Assembly (NCBI GenBank): GCA_965644315.1
Contig: CBFFRQ010000069.1
Span: 744,001 to 808,000 of the forward strand
DNA from: Caecitellus pseudoparvulus
Taxonomy: Eukaryota > Protista > Bigyra: Bicosoecida
Length of the DNA stretch: 64,000 nucleotides
Direction of reading: 5' to 3'
Part shown: in pieces, positions 1 to 11,415 of the stretch
Layout: the number at the start of each line of letters is the position of its first letter
Numbering within the stretch: the stretch's first letter is position 1
Program-made: the position numbers and the translations under genes
Notes under the pieces: generated by a model
What the model saw: the letters and a program-made list of their open reading frames with translations, nothing else
Database searches by the model: none
What the model was told of the DNA's origin: nothing

Positions 1-3000
1 CTCGCCCCCCGTCGTCGCCAGGGTGGGCACGGCGCCGGCAGTGGCGCCCAGGGCAGGGGACGCCGGCGGCACCAGGGCCACGCTCATGGCCGACCGCATG
101 AGGCCTCGGTACCCCTCCTCCAGCAACCAGGCATCCCCCAGCAGGGACCCCACCGCGTCGCTGACCATGCCCTGCGTGTCCCCCGACAGCAGGCGCCACA
201 CGGCCGTGTAGGCGCGGAAGCACTCACACAGAGTCATGGACACCTCCTCCAGGTCCCCCGGCAGGGCGCCGCGCCAGGGCTCGGAGGCCTGGATGGCGGC
301 ATCCCGCGCAGCCGCCGCCGCCTGCCGCGTGGCCGCCTCGATGGCGGGGTCCACCGCCGCCCCCGCGGATGCCAGGGACGCCAGGAGCTCCCCCTCCGCC
401 GCCTGGCCGGCCTGGGACGCCGCGACACAGCGCTGCGTCAGCTCCAGCAAGCGGTCCAGGATGTCGCCGTCGCGCAGGGAGGGCGCCGCCGCCGGCACGG
501 CGCGCATGAGGCCCCGCAGCAGCGCCACGAGCACCTCCCGTGGCCCCCGCTCCACGCGGGTCTTCACTTCGGCGTTCAGGGCCTTGAGCACGGCGTCACG
601 GGCCGTGCCCTCTGCGCCGGCGTCAGTGCCAGGCAGGCTGGGCGGCGTCCAGGCTTCCCCCGAGATGGCCATGTAGGTGGCGGTGAGTGCCACCGCCCCA
701 CTGCGCGCCACGGCGTCGTCCTTGTCCTCCACCAGGCGGATGAGGAGGGGCAGGACGGAGGCGCGCAGCAGGGTGGGCGGCACCTCCGACGCGATGCCCT
801 TCACCACCCGCCCAACACACTTGCGCACGGCGGGGGTGGGGTTGGTGCTCACACGGGTGAGGTGGGACAGGATGGGCCCCACCACCCGCGCACCCCCCGC
901 GGCGCCACACTGCAGCAGGGCCGCCTCCAGTGCCGGCACCTGCCGCTCGCTCCAGCCCCCCGACGTGTTCCCGATGGACACCAGCAGCTGGCGCAGGGCG
1001 TGGGACAGGCACACGCGGGGCAGGCAGGGCACGGACAGGACGCCGCCGCCCAGCACTGGCAGCAGGGCGGGCGCCAGCGCCACGCCGGGCGCCAGCAGCA
1101 CGGGCGCCTCCCCTGCCGAGCTGGGTGTGGGACGGCCCCCCCCCGTGGCGTCCCCCCCACACACCCACGCCACCTCCGGCACGAAGGACAGCCAGGCAAA
1201 GGCCTCGCCAGGCGGCACGACGATGCTGCCGGCGGCATCCCCACGGGGGAAGTCAGAGGCGGACACGCCAGACGAGGGGACACGGGCGCCGGCGCCGGTG
1301 TCCCCCCGCCCTCCCCCAGCAGCAGTGCCGTGACGGCCGAGGCACCGCCCTCCCCCACATCCTCGCCCAGACACACCAGGGCCAGGAGTGGCGACTTGAA
1401 GTACAGAGCAGGCACCTGCATCAACCGCTCCTCCTCCGGCAGCCACTGCAGGCCCAGGGCACGCATGAGCAGGGGGAAGGCGAACCACCCCGCGAACCCG
1501 CCGCCGAAGGTGCAGCAGAGGCCCCGCAGCAGGGCCGTGTACGCTGCCTGCGCCCGGCTCGCCACCTTGCTGTCGGTGGGCGTGCCCGCGGCAGCCTGCA
1601 GTACCTCGGGCAGGCCCTGCCGCACTAGCCACCGCAGGCCATCCCAACCCACTCGCACTTGGTGGGGGGTCACCGTGTCCCACTGCCCCCCCTCCTCGCC
1701 CCCCTTCCACACCTCCACCACTGCCGCCTGCTTCAGCAGGGCGTCCAGGACGCCGAAGCGCTGCACCAGCGCGTCACTGTCCACGGATGGCTCACCCGGG
1801 CGCAGCACGGGCGCAGCACTCTCAGCGCCTTCCCCTGGCACAGCGCCTCGCAGCCGCAGCTGGCCATCGGAGGCGCCCTCCCCCACAGCGCTGACACTGG
1901 CGCCCTCCGCCAGCAGCAGCAGGCGCAGGCGGGGCAGGGCGAAGCACAGTGCGGCACACATGAGCTCTGTGCGTGTGGCGGTGGCAGGGGTGACGGTGCG
2001 GGGGGTGGGCCCACGCCCCGCCCCGTGACTCATGCGGGAGGAGCCGCCCCCGAAGGACGCCGCACGTCCCCGCCCCGTGGAGGCGCCCCCGACACGGGAG
2101 GGCGTGGACCCGCCCCCCGCCGTGCCTTCGCCATCCACACCCTCCTCCTCCTCGTCCTCCTCCTCATCTTCCTCCTCGCCAAAGCCTGTGGCCGCCTCCT
2201 GGCCACCACACGCCAGGTCCAGCGCCTGCGGCAGTAGCTTGGACCACAGCATGCCGGCGGCATGGGCCCAGTCCACGAGCGCCGGCAGCAGCACCTGCGC
2301 CGCAATGTTCCACGGCGTCGCCTCGTCGTCCGGCGGCGCGCTGGAGCTGGGGTCCAGGGACAGCAGTGTGTGGGGGACACGCCCCCCTGCCGCCAGCGTC
2401 TGCGCGGCGCCGGGGTCCCCCCAGCTGACCCCCTGCGAGGCGGCGAAGGCCACGCCTGCTGCCAGGCACTCGGCAGGGGGGGTGTCGGCCGGCGGTGCCA
2501 GGAGCAAATGCCAGGCAACTTCTTCCACTTCGGCGAACTGCCGGCGCGCCGTGCCGTCCAGGGTGCCGCCCACCGCCCGCGCGGACAGCGTGCAGGCTGC
2601 CGCCGCGGCGCCAAACGCCACCGCCCCCCGCACGAGGGGCGCCTCGTCCTGCGCCAGACTCGGCATCTGGGCCAGGGCGGTGTCCAGTGCGGTCTGCGGC
2701 AGGTGTGGCACGAGGGCGCCCAGGCCCAGCGCCGCCAGGGCCCGCCGCTCGGGGACGTGGGAGGACACCAGGGACAGCAGGGGCGGCAGGAGCTCGTCTG
2801 CCACCCTGCTCTGGCCTGCCGGCCCCCCACCCCCCCCTTCACCCCCCTCCAGCCGGTCAGAGGCCAGGTGCTCCGCCACCCGCCGCACAGCAGCCAGGGT
2901 ATCCCGACGCTCTGGCGAGGAAGGCCGCTTGGACAGGGACAGTAGGGACGTGAACAGCTCCCGTCGCGCCTGGGGCGAAGTGTGTGTCATGGTGGCGGCA

Positions 3001-4206
3001 GCCAGCACCGGCGCCAGCTGCCGCCGGTGCTTCGCGCCCAGGGCGCGGCTGAGTGGGCCCACCCCCGCCATCACCGCCCGCAGCAAGGCGCCGTTGTCCA
3101 CGGCAGCGGTGTCCAGGACCCACTCCCCCGCGGGCTGTGGCGTGGGAGCCTCCGCCTCTGCCGCCGCTGCACCGTCCCCCGCCCCCGGGCGCACGGCAGC
3201 CGCCTCTGCAGCCGCCTTGGCCCGTCGCTCGGCTGCCACTGCCCGGGCCTCGGCCGCTGCAGCTGCCGCCACCGCCTCCTCCAGCTCCTGCCGCGTGGCG
3301 GCGAGGGCTCTCGCGTTGGCTGCCGCCTCAGCCGCCGCCGCCTGCACCTTGGCCAGGGGGCGTGCCTGCTGCCGGAACAGTGCCACGAGGGACAGCTGGG
3401 CCGGCACGTCGCGGTCCATGCCCCCTCGCTCCCCTGCCTCCCCCTCGAACGTCACGCTGGTCAGGCGGAAGCCCTCCTGCGACAGGTACGCCTGGATGAG
3501 GCCCCGCAGCGTCGCAGCTTCGGAGGCTGTGAGGGGCGCCACGTCAGGGGCCGCCTCCCCCTGGCCCTGCCCTGGCGAACCCTCCTCCTCCGAGGCAGCG
3601 CCGTCGCCGCCGCCCTGGGTGCTGCCCCTGCGAGCCGCCTCCAGCTCTGCCCGCAGGCCCGCCTGGGCGGACCGTGCAGCTGCCGCGGTGTTCAGGGCAT
3701 CGGCCAGGCGGGCCTCAAGGCGCGCCTTGTCTGCCACAGCCCCCCGCAGGCGGTACTCCAGCAGGCTGATGCGCTGGGAGCGCTCCTCCAGACCAGACAC
3801 CAGGCTGTCCCCGGCCAGGAAGGGCGAGGGCACGGAGGAGACGGGGGTGGGCGCCACCTGGTCCGGTGGCCCGGCGCTCTGCTGCATGGCGCTCGCAGCT
3901 CGCTCCAGCGCCGCCTCGGAGGAGAAGACGTCATTCAGAGCTGTCACGGTGTGGGCACCAGAGCTGGACTCCAGCAGCTCCTGGTGCAGCTCCAGCGCCG
4001 TGAGCAGGAACCGGTTGCGCAGCAAGAAGTCCGCCACGTTGGCAGCTTCCTCCCCCGAGTACGCTTGCTGCAAGGTGCGCCAGCGGAGGGATGTGCAGGC
4101 GCTCCTGCGAGGCAGACGCCAGGCCGGCACTCACACTACTCCAGTCCACTGACCCTGGCCCATCCCCGAACAGTGCGTCAATCTGGGCGCCGTGAGAGCC
4201 CTCCAT
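1..4206 (-). CDS. RELCH: RELCH/KIAA1468-like LisH, coiled-coil and HEAT-repeat protein (3' end runs off the window)
   Basis: Exon 1 (4206-4135, MEGSHGAQ...DWSS) splices in frame through a GTGAGT..TTGCAG intron (4134-4068) to QAYSGEEAANVADFLLRNRFLLTALELHQELLE. A second LisH-like segment LIQAYLSQEGFRLTSVTFEGE follows, then coiled coils and HEAT repeats (LAQDEAPLVRGAVA; LIRLVEDKDDAVAR). The frame shifts by 1 nt near 1300, and the HEAT-encoding frame continues toward position 1. Confidence 0.75.
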
Positions 4207-4530
4207 AACCCTGGCGTGGTAGCGTTTCGGGCAGTGAAACGCTGAGCCACCTCCCCTCTCGCCTCTCTACACGGCCACGTGCGCAGAAAGGGAGCCGACA
4301 CTGCAGTGTCTGGTAAAGTGCGGCGATTCGCGGCCCTGTGCACACGGTGCACCTCGGGGTAGAATGAATTTTGTCCCGACCAACTGGCACGCCGTGCGCA
4401 CCGGAGCTGCAGAGCTGCGCACGCCGCCACATTCAGGCCACCTGACGACACACCGGGCGACTGCTGCCTCACACACCCGCTGTTGCTGTGACAGTGTTGT
4501 GAGACCCTGCCTTCTGCACAGTAAGCAACC

Positions 4531-5858
4531 ATGAAGGGACTGCGCCTCGTGCTGTGCCTGGCAGTGGCTGCGCTGGCTGTGGCCATGGGCGAGGAGGACC
4601 TGTACGAAGGTGAGGGCTATTTCCCCCTGCGCCTGCAGGGGGGGCGACACTGCACGAGCGCCCTGTCCTCCTTGTGAAGTTTTGGGCGTCGCCCAGGACG
4701 CGCCCGCCAGCAAGATCAAGCGGGCGTACCGAAAGTTGAGCCTGAAGTACCACCCAGGTGAGGCGCTGCGTCAGAGCCGAGAGAACAGCGGCGCTGAGCC
4801 CCCCTCTCATGACTGCAACCCGCCTTGCTTGTGGTGCAGATAAGAACCCTGGGGATGAAGAGGCTGAGCGCAAGTTCCAGCAGGTGGCGCATGCGTACAA
4901 CGTGCGTCCGCCTCACCATGCAGTGGGAGGCTACACGTGTTGGCAAATTCCGCACCCCGCCGCCGCCACGCCCCGCCGCCACAGATCCTCTCTGACGAAG
5001 ACAAGCGCATCCTGTACGACACTGGGGGTGAAGATGCTGTTGCCGAGGCAGACAAGCAGGAGAATGCGCCAGCCAGCCCCTTCGGTGCGTGATCCCGTGC
5101 AGCGGACGCCGGCGACACTGCTGCACGACGCCTGGCGCTGGGTGCTGCTCGCAGACATGTTCTTCGGCGGGGGGGGGCAGCGACGCAACCAGAAGAAGGG
5201 GCAGGACATCCAAGCCGAGGTGGGCGTGACGCTGGAGGACATGTACAACGGGGGGGAGGTGTCTGCCCGCATCAGCCGCAACGTTGTGTGCCGGGGCTGT
5301 GCCAAAAAGCCTGGCTCGAAGAAGTGCCGCGGGTGTGGGCAGTGCCCCCCTGAGATCCGCATGGTCACGCGGCAGATGGCGCCGGGCTTCAACGTGCAGA
5401 TGCAGGAGGAAGTGCCCAGCAAGGAGAAGTGCAAGAACGAAGCCACGACGCTGACGGCGACGGTGGAGAAGGGCATGCCGCACGGCGAGCAGATCAAGTT
5501 CGAGCGCATGTCAGAGCAGCGCCCCGGCATGATCCCCGGCGACGTCATCTTCGTGCTGAAGCAGCGGGACCACGCGCTCTTCCGCCGGGACGGCAATGAC
5601 CTGCACGTGGACATGCACATCTCCCTGAAGGAGGCCCTGGTGGGCTTCACCAAGACCGTCAAGCAGCTGGATGGCCGGGAGGTGGTGGTGGAGTCCACCG
5701 GTGTTACGCGGCCGCACCAGGTGCGCACCATTCGGGGCGAGGGCATGCCCATCCACAACTTCCCCTCCCAGGCAGGGGACATGCACGTCAAGTTCTACGT
5801 GGACTTCCCAGCCCAGCTCAGCCCTGACCAGGTGGACAAGGTCAAGGAACTCTTCTAG
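4531..5858 (+). CDS. ER-lumenal DnaJ/Hsp40 co-chaperone (ERdj3/DNAJB11-like), 5 exons
   Basis: Signal peptide MKGLRLVLCLAVAALAVAMG. J domain (IKRAYRKLSLKYHP|DKNPGDEEAERKF, with HPD split by an intron), then a G/F stretch, Cys motifs (CRGC..CRGCGQC) and a DnaJ C-terminal domain (PGDVIF..FRRDGNDL..ISLKEALVGF..GEGMP). Introns at about 4610-4679, 4758-4839, 4902-4985 and 5086-5154. Confidence 0.9.
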
Positions 5859-6083
5859 GGGGCTCACTTCGCCGCCCCCCAATGCACTCCGTAGATAGGC
5901 CGGCACTCCCGCAGCTGCTGCGATAAGCGGCGGCAGCCACATCACACACCACTCGTCCCCTGCCAGTCCAACAGCAGGGCGCGTCGCCAAGGCGTGCCTT
6001 GACGCAGGCAGCCCGCAGGGCGAGGGCTGCGTGCACACAGGCGCAGGGCGCTCCGTCAAGACCAGCAGACACAGCCGGGCACC

Positions 6084-7344
6084 ATGCAGGCGCTGCAAGC
6101 TCTGCGCGAGAGCATTGTGGGCGGGCTGACGGTGAAGGAGGATGGGGACAAGCTCATTATCGGCGGGAAGCCCTATGGCAAGAAAACCCCGGTGCCCCTC
6201 AAGTCAAAGCTGCCAGTCACGCTGGGCGGACTTTGGCTGGTGGCAACCCACCCAAGCGCGTCCCACGCTGAGTTGAGGGCCTTAAGAGAGCAGCACGACG
6301 TTGGACGTTTGCCCGTTGTAACTGTCAGGAAAGATGTCGTGGCGTACCTGAAAGGCCAGTCCTCTGGAGAAGGCATCCTGCGAGCGGCAGTGTACGTGAT
6401 GAAACGCGAGTGGCACGCCCGCTCAGGGCGCCCACCCCAACACGCTGCCCCTCTCACACAGACAAGCAGACACATCAAGCGCACCAGTCTCTGCTGCAGC
6501 TGCAGCGGCAGGTGCAGGTTCCGGCGCCGCCGCGTCCCGCAGTGCCGTCGTGACACCCTTGGCCGAGCCTGACGCCGGGGCGGCGCCTGGTCCTGTGGGC
6601 TGGCACCCCCTCGCAGAGTCCATGGCCGTGGAGGTGCCCGTGCGCACGCGTGAGACGACCATGTGTGCGCCAGTGAACATCCGCCGCCAGTTGGAGGGCG
6701 TCCTGCGAGAGCTCGCGGACGGCGCTGGGGAGGGCAAGGGCACCAAGCGGGGCTTGTCGGGGGCGGCAGCCGCCAGCGACGCCAAGCGCTCCAAGAAGGT
6801 TGCATTCCTGGGCACGCCCATCATCATCGTGCCGGCCTTGGCCTCTTCCCTCATCAACATGCACAATGTGCGGCAGTTCCTGGAGGAGGGGCGGTACGTG
6901 TCCCCACAGCAGGCGCAGGCGGAGGCCGTCGCAGCCGGCGGTACCGGCGAAAAGCCCTCCATGCTCACCGTGCAGCACAAGGACTCCCGGGGGGTGCTGT
7001 GCGAGTACAAAGTCGTGGACAACCCGTGCAAGCTGGGGCGCGCAGGCTGGCTGCGTGTGGCGGCCGTGTTCGTGCTGGGGCCCAAGTGGCAGTTCACGGG
7101 GTGGAACTGGGCCCGCCCCGAGCGGGGTGACATGTCACCGCCCGAGATCTTCCGGCGGTGCCTGGCCTGCCACCTGCACTTCGTGGACGACCCCTACCAC
7201 GAGAACATCCCCAAGTGGTCCCTGCGCCTGCTGAACCTGGACCGTGCCCGCCGCCACATGGACGCCGTCACCGCCGGCAAGTTCTGGCGGGACCTGGATG
7301 AGTTCCTGCAAGCCAAGAAACCTGGCCTCCTCGCGCCGTCCTGA
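6084..7344 (+). CDS. CDC73: Cdc73/parafibromin, PAF1 complex subunit
   Basis: The C-terminal Ras-like Cdc73 domain is recognisable: TPIIIVPALASSLINMHNVRQFLEEGRYV, YKVVDNP, WLRVAAVFVLGPKWQFTGW, RHMD..FWRDLDEFL. The N-terminal part (ALQALRE..RKDVVAYLKG) is joined by an intron at about 6391-6500. Confidence 0.9.
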
Positions 7345-7352
7345 GCGGCACC

Positions 7353-7370
7353 CTGCTGCTGCTGCTGCTG
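7353..7370. repeat. (CTG)6 trinucleotide microsatellite between convergent stop codons
   Basis: ctgctgctgctgctgctg is read directly between the CDC73 stop (7344) and the transporter stop (7391). Confidence 0.8.
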
Positions 7371-7390
7371 CAATGCACCGTGTGGGCTGC

Positions 7391-8995
7391 TCACACAGGG
7401 TTCACGGACTGAGCGGGCGGCTGCAGGGGCAGCTTGGCAGCGCCCCCTCCCGTGGCGTCCAGGAGAGGCATGTGCTCAGGGCGCTGAGCAGGAGGCGCTG
7501 ACGATGGCGGGGGGGGAGGGCACACGCACACCGTGCACAGCGCCAGCACGCCCAGCGCCACGAGGCCCCCATACAGCGCCAGCAAGAAGGCAACGGAAGT
7601 CACCCCTTCGCAGGCGCTGGCATCTGTGTCCTGGCCGGCCAGGCTGGCCAGGTGCCACGTGCAGGGGATGCTGGTGTGTTTGGCGATGGAGAGGATGCCC
7701 ACCGCTGCCCCCGTGCCCAGCAGCTGGCTCAGCACCATGCAGGTGTTGGTGAGGCCAGCCAGGGTGGCGTGCTGCTCCGCCAGCGGTGACTGCCCCACGC
7801 CTATCTGCAGCAAGGGGAAGGCGTTGGTGCACAGCGCCGCAGGCAGCAGCCCCAGGAGGGCAGCTAGCACCAGGCTGCCCCACAGCGACTGCAGTGGGCC
7901 CACCGCCGTGCCGATGGCCACTGCGGCACCCACCACCACCGCCAGCACCAGCATGGAGCGGCGCCCCACCCAGGCGTTGACGGCAGGCAAGGCCACCCCC
8001 CAGCCCATGCTGGCCAGGGCAGTGACCGCCATGCCCGCCGCTCCCCACTGCACGGACACTGTGCCGCCCCCCGGGAACACGGCAGTGGACACCCACGCCG
8101 TCCAGTAAAAGGAGAGGGAGTTGTGCAGGAGCCAGCCCAGAAATGTGAGGCACATGACCCACTGCGCTCTGCGTGGCAGGGCGAACAGGGGGCCCACCTC
8201 TTCCCACAGCGCCTCCTGGCAGGTGGAGGCCGTCGCAGCGCCCGAGCGTTTCCAAGAGCAGGCCCACGACTGCCCCGAGGTCGCGCAGGCGATGGCCACC
8301 AGCACTGTGTTGGCCACCACGGCGGCAACAATGCACCCCTGCAGCTGCGTCGCGCCGGGCCAGGCGCCCTCCCAGGGAATGGCTGCGAAGCCCAGCCCGG
8401 CGATGCGCCCCACATCCAGCATGAAGGACACCAGCGCGTGGCCCTTGCTCTGCACTTCCTTCGCTGTGGCAGGGCTGCTGATGGCGCGCACCTTGGCCAG
8501 CATGATTGCCTGGGTGGGTGCCCCCATGACGTCGTGCGCCAGATCTGCGGCGCCGTACCCCACCAGCACTAGCCCCAGCAGCGCTGCTGGGTTCCCTTCG
8601 ACCAGCTGCGCCAGGGCCAGCATGACCAGGCCCACCACAGACATGACTTGCAGCCCCAACACAAACACCAGCATGGATGTTGATCTGTCCATCATCACGC
8701 CACACCCTGCAAGGCGCCAGGGGGGGGGCAGCGGGCTGCACGCGTTGCTCGCGAGCAGCGTCAAATTCCGCAACTCACCAGCATTCACAAACAGCCCCAC
8801 GCTGGGGTTCACCACCCACACCAGGCTAGCCAAGCTTGCGCTCACGCCGTGTTTCAGCAAAAATGGTATGAGAAGAGCCTCCCCCACAGACCAGCCAATG
8901 CTGGTCACAGTCCCTAAACATGCTGGGCCCAGCAGTGGCCGAAGCACAGTTTTCCAGTCTGACCTGCTGCTCGCAGGGTGGGCCCCAGCGAGCAT
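7391..8995 (-). CDS. MFS transporter, sucrose/H+ symporter-like (SUT/SLC45, GPH family)
   Basis: About 12 hydrophobic segments. The N-terminal IGWSVGEALLIPFLLKHGVSASLASLVWVVNPSVGLFV resembles SUT/SLC45 TM1-2, and further motifs include D-x-A-H-D-V-x-G-A-P and FLGWL..SFYWTAWV. Probable in-frame intron at about 8707-8779. Confidence 0.7.
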   Translation of the reverse strand: MLAGAHPASSRSDWKTVLRPLLGPACLGTVTSIGWSVGEALLIPFLLKHGVSASLASLVWVVNPSVGLFVNAGELRNLTLLASNACSPLPPPWRLAGCGVMMDRSTSMLVFVLGLQVMSVVGLVMLALAQLVEGNPAALLGLVLVGYGAADLAHDVMGAPTQAIMLAKVRAISSPATAKEVQSKGHALVSFMLDVGRIAGLGFAAIPWEGAWPGATQLQGCIVAAVVANTVLVAIACATSGQSWACSWKRSGAATASTCQEALWEEVGPLFALPRRAQWVMCLTFLGWLLHNSLSFYWTAWVSTAVFPGGGTVSVQWGAAGMAVTALASMGWGVALPAVNAWVGRRSMLVLAVVVGAAVAIGTAVGPLQSLWGSLVLAALLGLLPAALCTNAFPLLQIGVGQSPLAEQHATLAGLTNTCMVLSQLLGTGAAVGILSIAKHTSIPCTWHLASLAGQDTDASACEGVTSVAFLLALYGGLVALGVLALCTVCVCPPPPPSSAPPAQRPEHMPLLDATGGGAAKLPLQPPAQSVNPV

Positions 8996-9256
8996 CCTGC
9001 TGGGGGCGAAGTTAAAGGCGGCCGTCAGAGCGTGCAAGAGGCGACTACAGGGTGTTGGGGTGGTCTGTTTTGCGTATTTCTTGGCTCTGGGCTGTGTACT
9101 TCAAGAGCAGAAGAATTCACGCGTTGACGAGGAGATGTACGCTGAATTTATGCAGTTTTCCGAGCGTGTGTGGTTTCTGCGCTGTGCAGTTTTCCCTGTC
9201 GCTTCTTGTAGGGCTTAGCAGGGGTTCTAGCAACGGGAACAGCCGGTTTGCATTGC

Positions 9257-11321
9257 TCAAACCAGCCTGCTTGTAGCCGCCGCCAGCTGGCTTGCCAGCC
9301 ACGAGTTGACAGCTGCCTGCGTCTCTGCGTCTGACAAGCCGCCGAAGGATGAAGAGTTGCAAGGGCTCGCCAGGCTAGCTTTGGACGCGGCATGGGTAAT
9401 CAGCATGTTAAGGGTGCCATGCACAGCGTCTTGCAGCATCTCGTGCTGGTTCGTAGCTGGGCTGCGGGATGCCTGAGCAGTGTGAGAGTCACCGCCAAGG
9501 AGCTCTGGCTCCGGCGCCGGGTCTCGCTTGGAGGCTGGGAAAGCCGAGAATTCAGACGCAGAGGAGTCAGGGAGGGGGCGCACCACACTTGCAATTACGG
9601 AGCTGGGCGACGCTACGCCCCCCTGCACTGCCTGGTACGCCGACCTCTGCATCTCGTCGTCATAGCGCTGCAGGCTGCGGTGGTACAGCGCCAAGTAGTC
9701 GGGCAGGCCGCCAACGTCGTGCAGACCAGGAGTTGTGGGGCGGCGGAACAAAGGTGAGTACAGTGTGGGTGCTGGGGAGAATGGCCGCACTTCTGCCGGT
9801 ACAGGCTGCAGGCTGGAGTCAGTCGCCCGCCTCCGAGCCCGAGCACGCTGGTCCACCATGTCTTGCAGCGGGCTGAGGGGGACCTGCAGCTGGGCAGAGA
9901 GAGCTTCCCGCAGCTCGCGCTTTTCCTCAGCACGGCGGCCAGCCAGTCGCTCATCTGCGCGCTTCGCGCTGCAAAAGTCAAGCAAAACGCTCGGCTCTGC
10001 AGGTGCTCCTTCTCGGGCAGCCGCGTGCAGCCCTGTCGCGTGGCGCATGGCCGGGTACAGCTCGCAGAGGTGCTCTCGAGGCACAGAGGCGGCCATGAGG
10101 TTGGAGAGCTGTGCAGAAGCGTCCTCCTTGGCCTTGCGGGGCTTCCTGTATGCGCGTGTGAGGTTCTCAGCGTATGGAGAGGGGAGGGACTTTGCCCTCG
10201 GCCGCGTGCGGTAGCCGGCAGCCAGCACCTCGAACGGGGCCACCCGCGCGAGCCTCGCCTGGTCGGAAGGCAGCAGCGTCTCCGCCTTGCTGCGCACCCT
10301 CTCCTGCCTTGCACTCTCTCGGAGGCTTGCCGCAAGAGGAGAAGTGAGCGGGGCAGCCTGCATGGGCCGCCGTCTCGCCTGCACTGGCACCCTCGGGTGT
10401 GTCAGAGGGTGCAGTTTGCGTGCGTTCTCCGCAGCCTCCTGCTTCTCCACGAGATGGTCGTCATAGTCTTGCGCCACCTTGCGCAGAGGGGACAGGAACC
10501 CTCGAAGTTTTGGGGAGGAGAGGGGTGCCTGCATGGTCGCTTTCCGTAGTGCTTGGTGTGTCGCCGAGCGGGGTCGTGCTTGGCGGGGAGGCGGTGTCCA
10601 CGCCTCCTGTGGCAGGCCTTGCTCCTCCAAGGCAGGGTTGGGGCCAGGCCACGGCGCGCTCATCACAGTACTTGCGAGGTTCCGTGCTTTTTCCTGTGCC
10701 TCCAGCGCATTCTGCAGCCGCGCGCGCCCCTCCTCCTCAAGCTGGGCTGCCACCACTGGACTGGGGGCCAGGTGGGCCAGGAGGGAGAAGGCGCTCTCCA
10801 GGCCAGGAGTGTGGCTGGCCAACTCAGGGCTACGCGCCATGCGCAAAAGCCTCGGCATGAGCCCCGCCTCGGCACACTGGGCTTTAAACCGGGCAGCTTC
10901 GCCTGGCTTCATGAGGCTCAGTGAGTCCTCCAGCCAGGAGCAAGTCACAGTGAGCTGCCGCGCGTTTCCAGGTTGGGCGAGGAGGAATCCCTCCATCCCA
11001 GACTGCCCTGCGCAGCAGGCTGCCTGAATGACAGCCCACGCCACCTTTCGAACTGAAATGCGGGTGCTGCACTGCACCACTGAGAATAGTTCATGCAGCT
11101 GGCGGCACTGCGAGGAGTGGTTGGCGTGCTGGAGGTCGGCGTTTCAAGTTATGCCCGGTGCCGGGCGTCCAACCCACCTTGTCCTCTCGGGGACCCTGCA
11201 CAATTTCTTGAACAAGTTGCTTTGCACTTTTTCTGGTTGAAGGCTCCGCAGGGGTGGAGCGGCTGACTGCCTTGCCTGCCGCCCCACCATCCGCTGCTGG
11301 CCTTCGGGGTGAAGCTTGCAT
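9257..11321 (-). CDS. Hypothetical protein with an N-terminal helical/ARM-like segment and a low-complexity tail
   Basis: 607-codon ORF. An upstream exon (MQASPRR...GPREDK) splices GTGGGT..CGCAG in frame to CRQLHELFSVVQC. No family motif recognised. Confidence 0.6.
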
Positions 11322-11415
11322 TACTTTGGCCTTGGGAGACCACAAAGCACACGAACATGCACACGCATCTGGCGCCCACCAAGCGCAGCCAGCGAGCCCT
11401 CGTCAGAGAGCAGGA

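Noticed and set aside
2140-2178. (TCC)n-like repeats here and at about 42925-42960 and 54320-54420
   Set aside because: They encode ordinary poly-Glu/Asp tracts within proteins.
862-4208. Long plus-strand ORFs (388, 706 and 408 aa) opposite the RELCH-like gene, and many similar antisense or alternate-frame ORFs across the window
   Set aside because: These are shadow ORFs expected in high-GC coding DNA. They are Ala/Arg/Ser/Pro-rich with no motifs and overlap well-supported genes.
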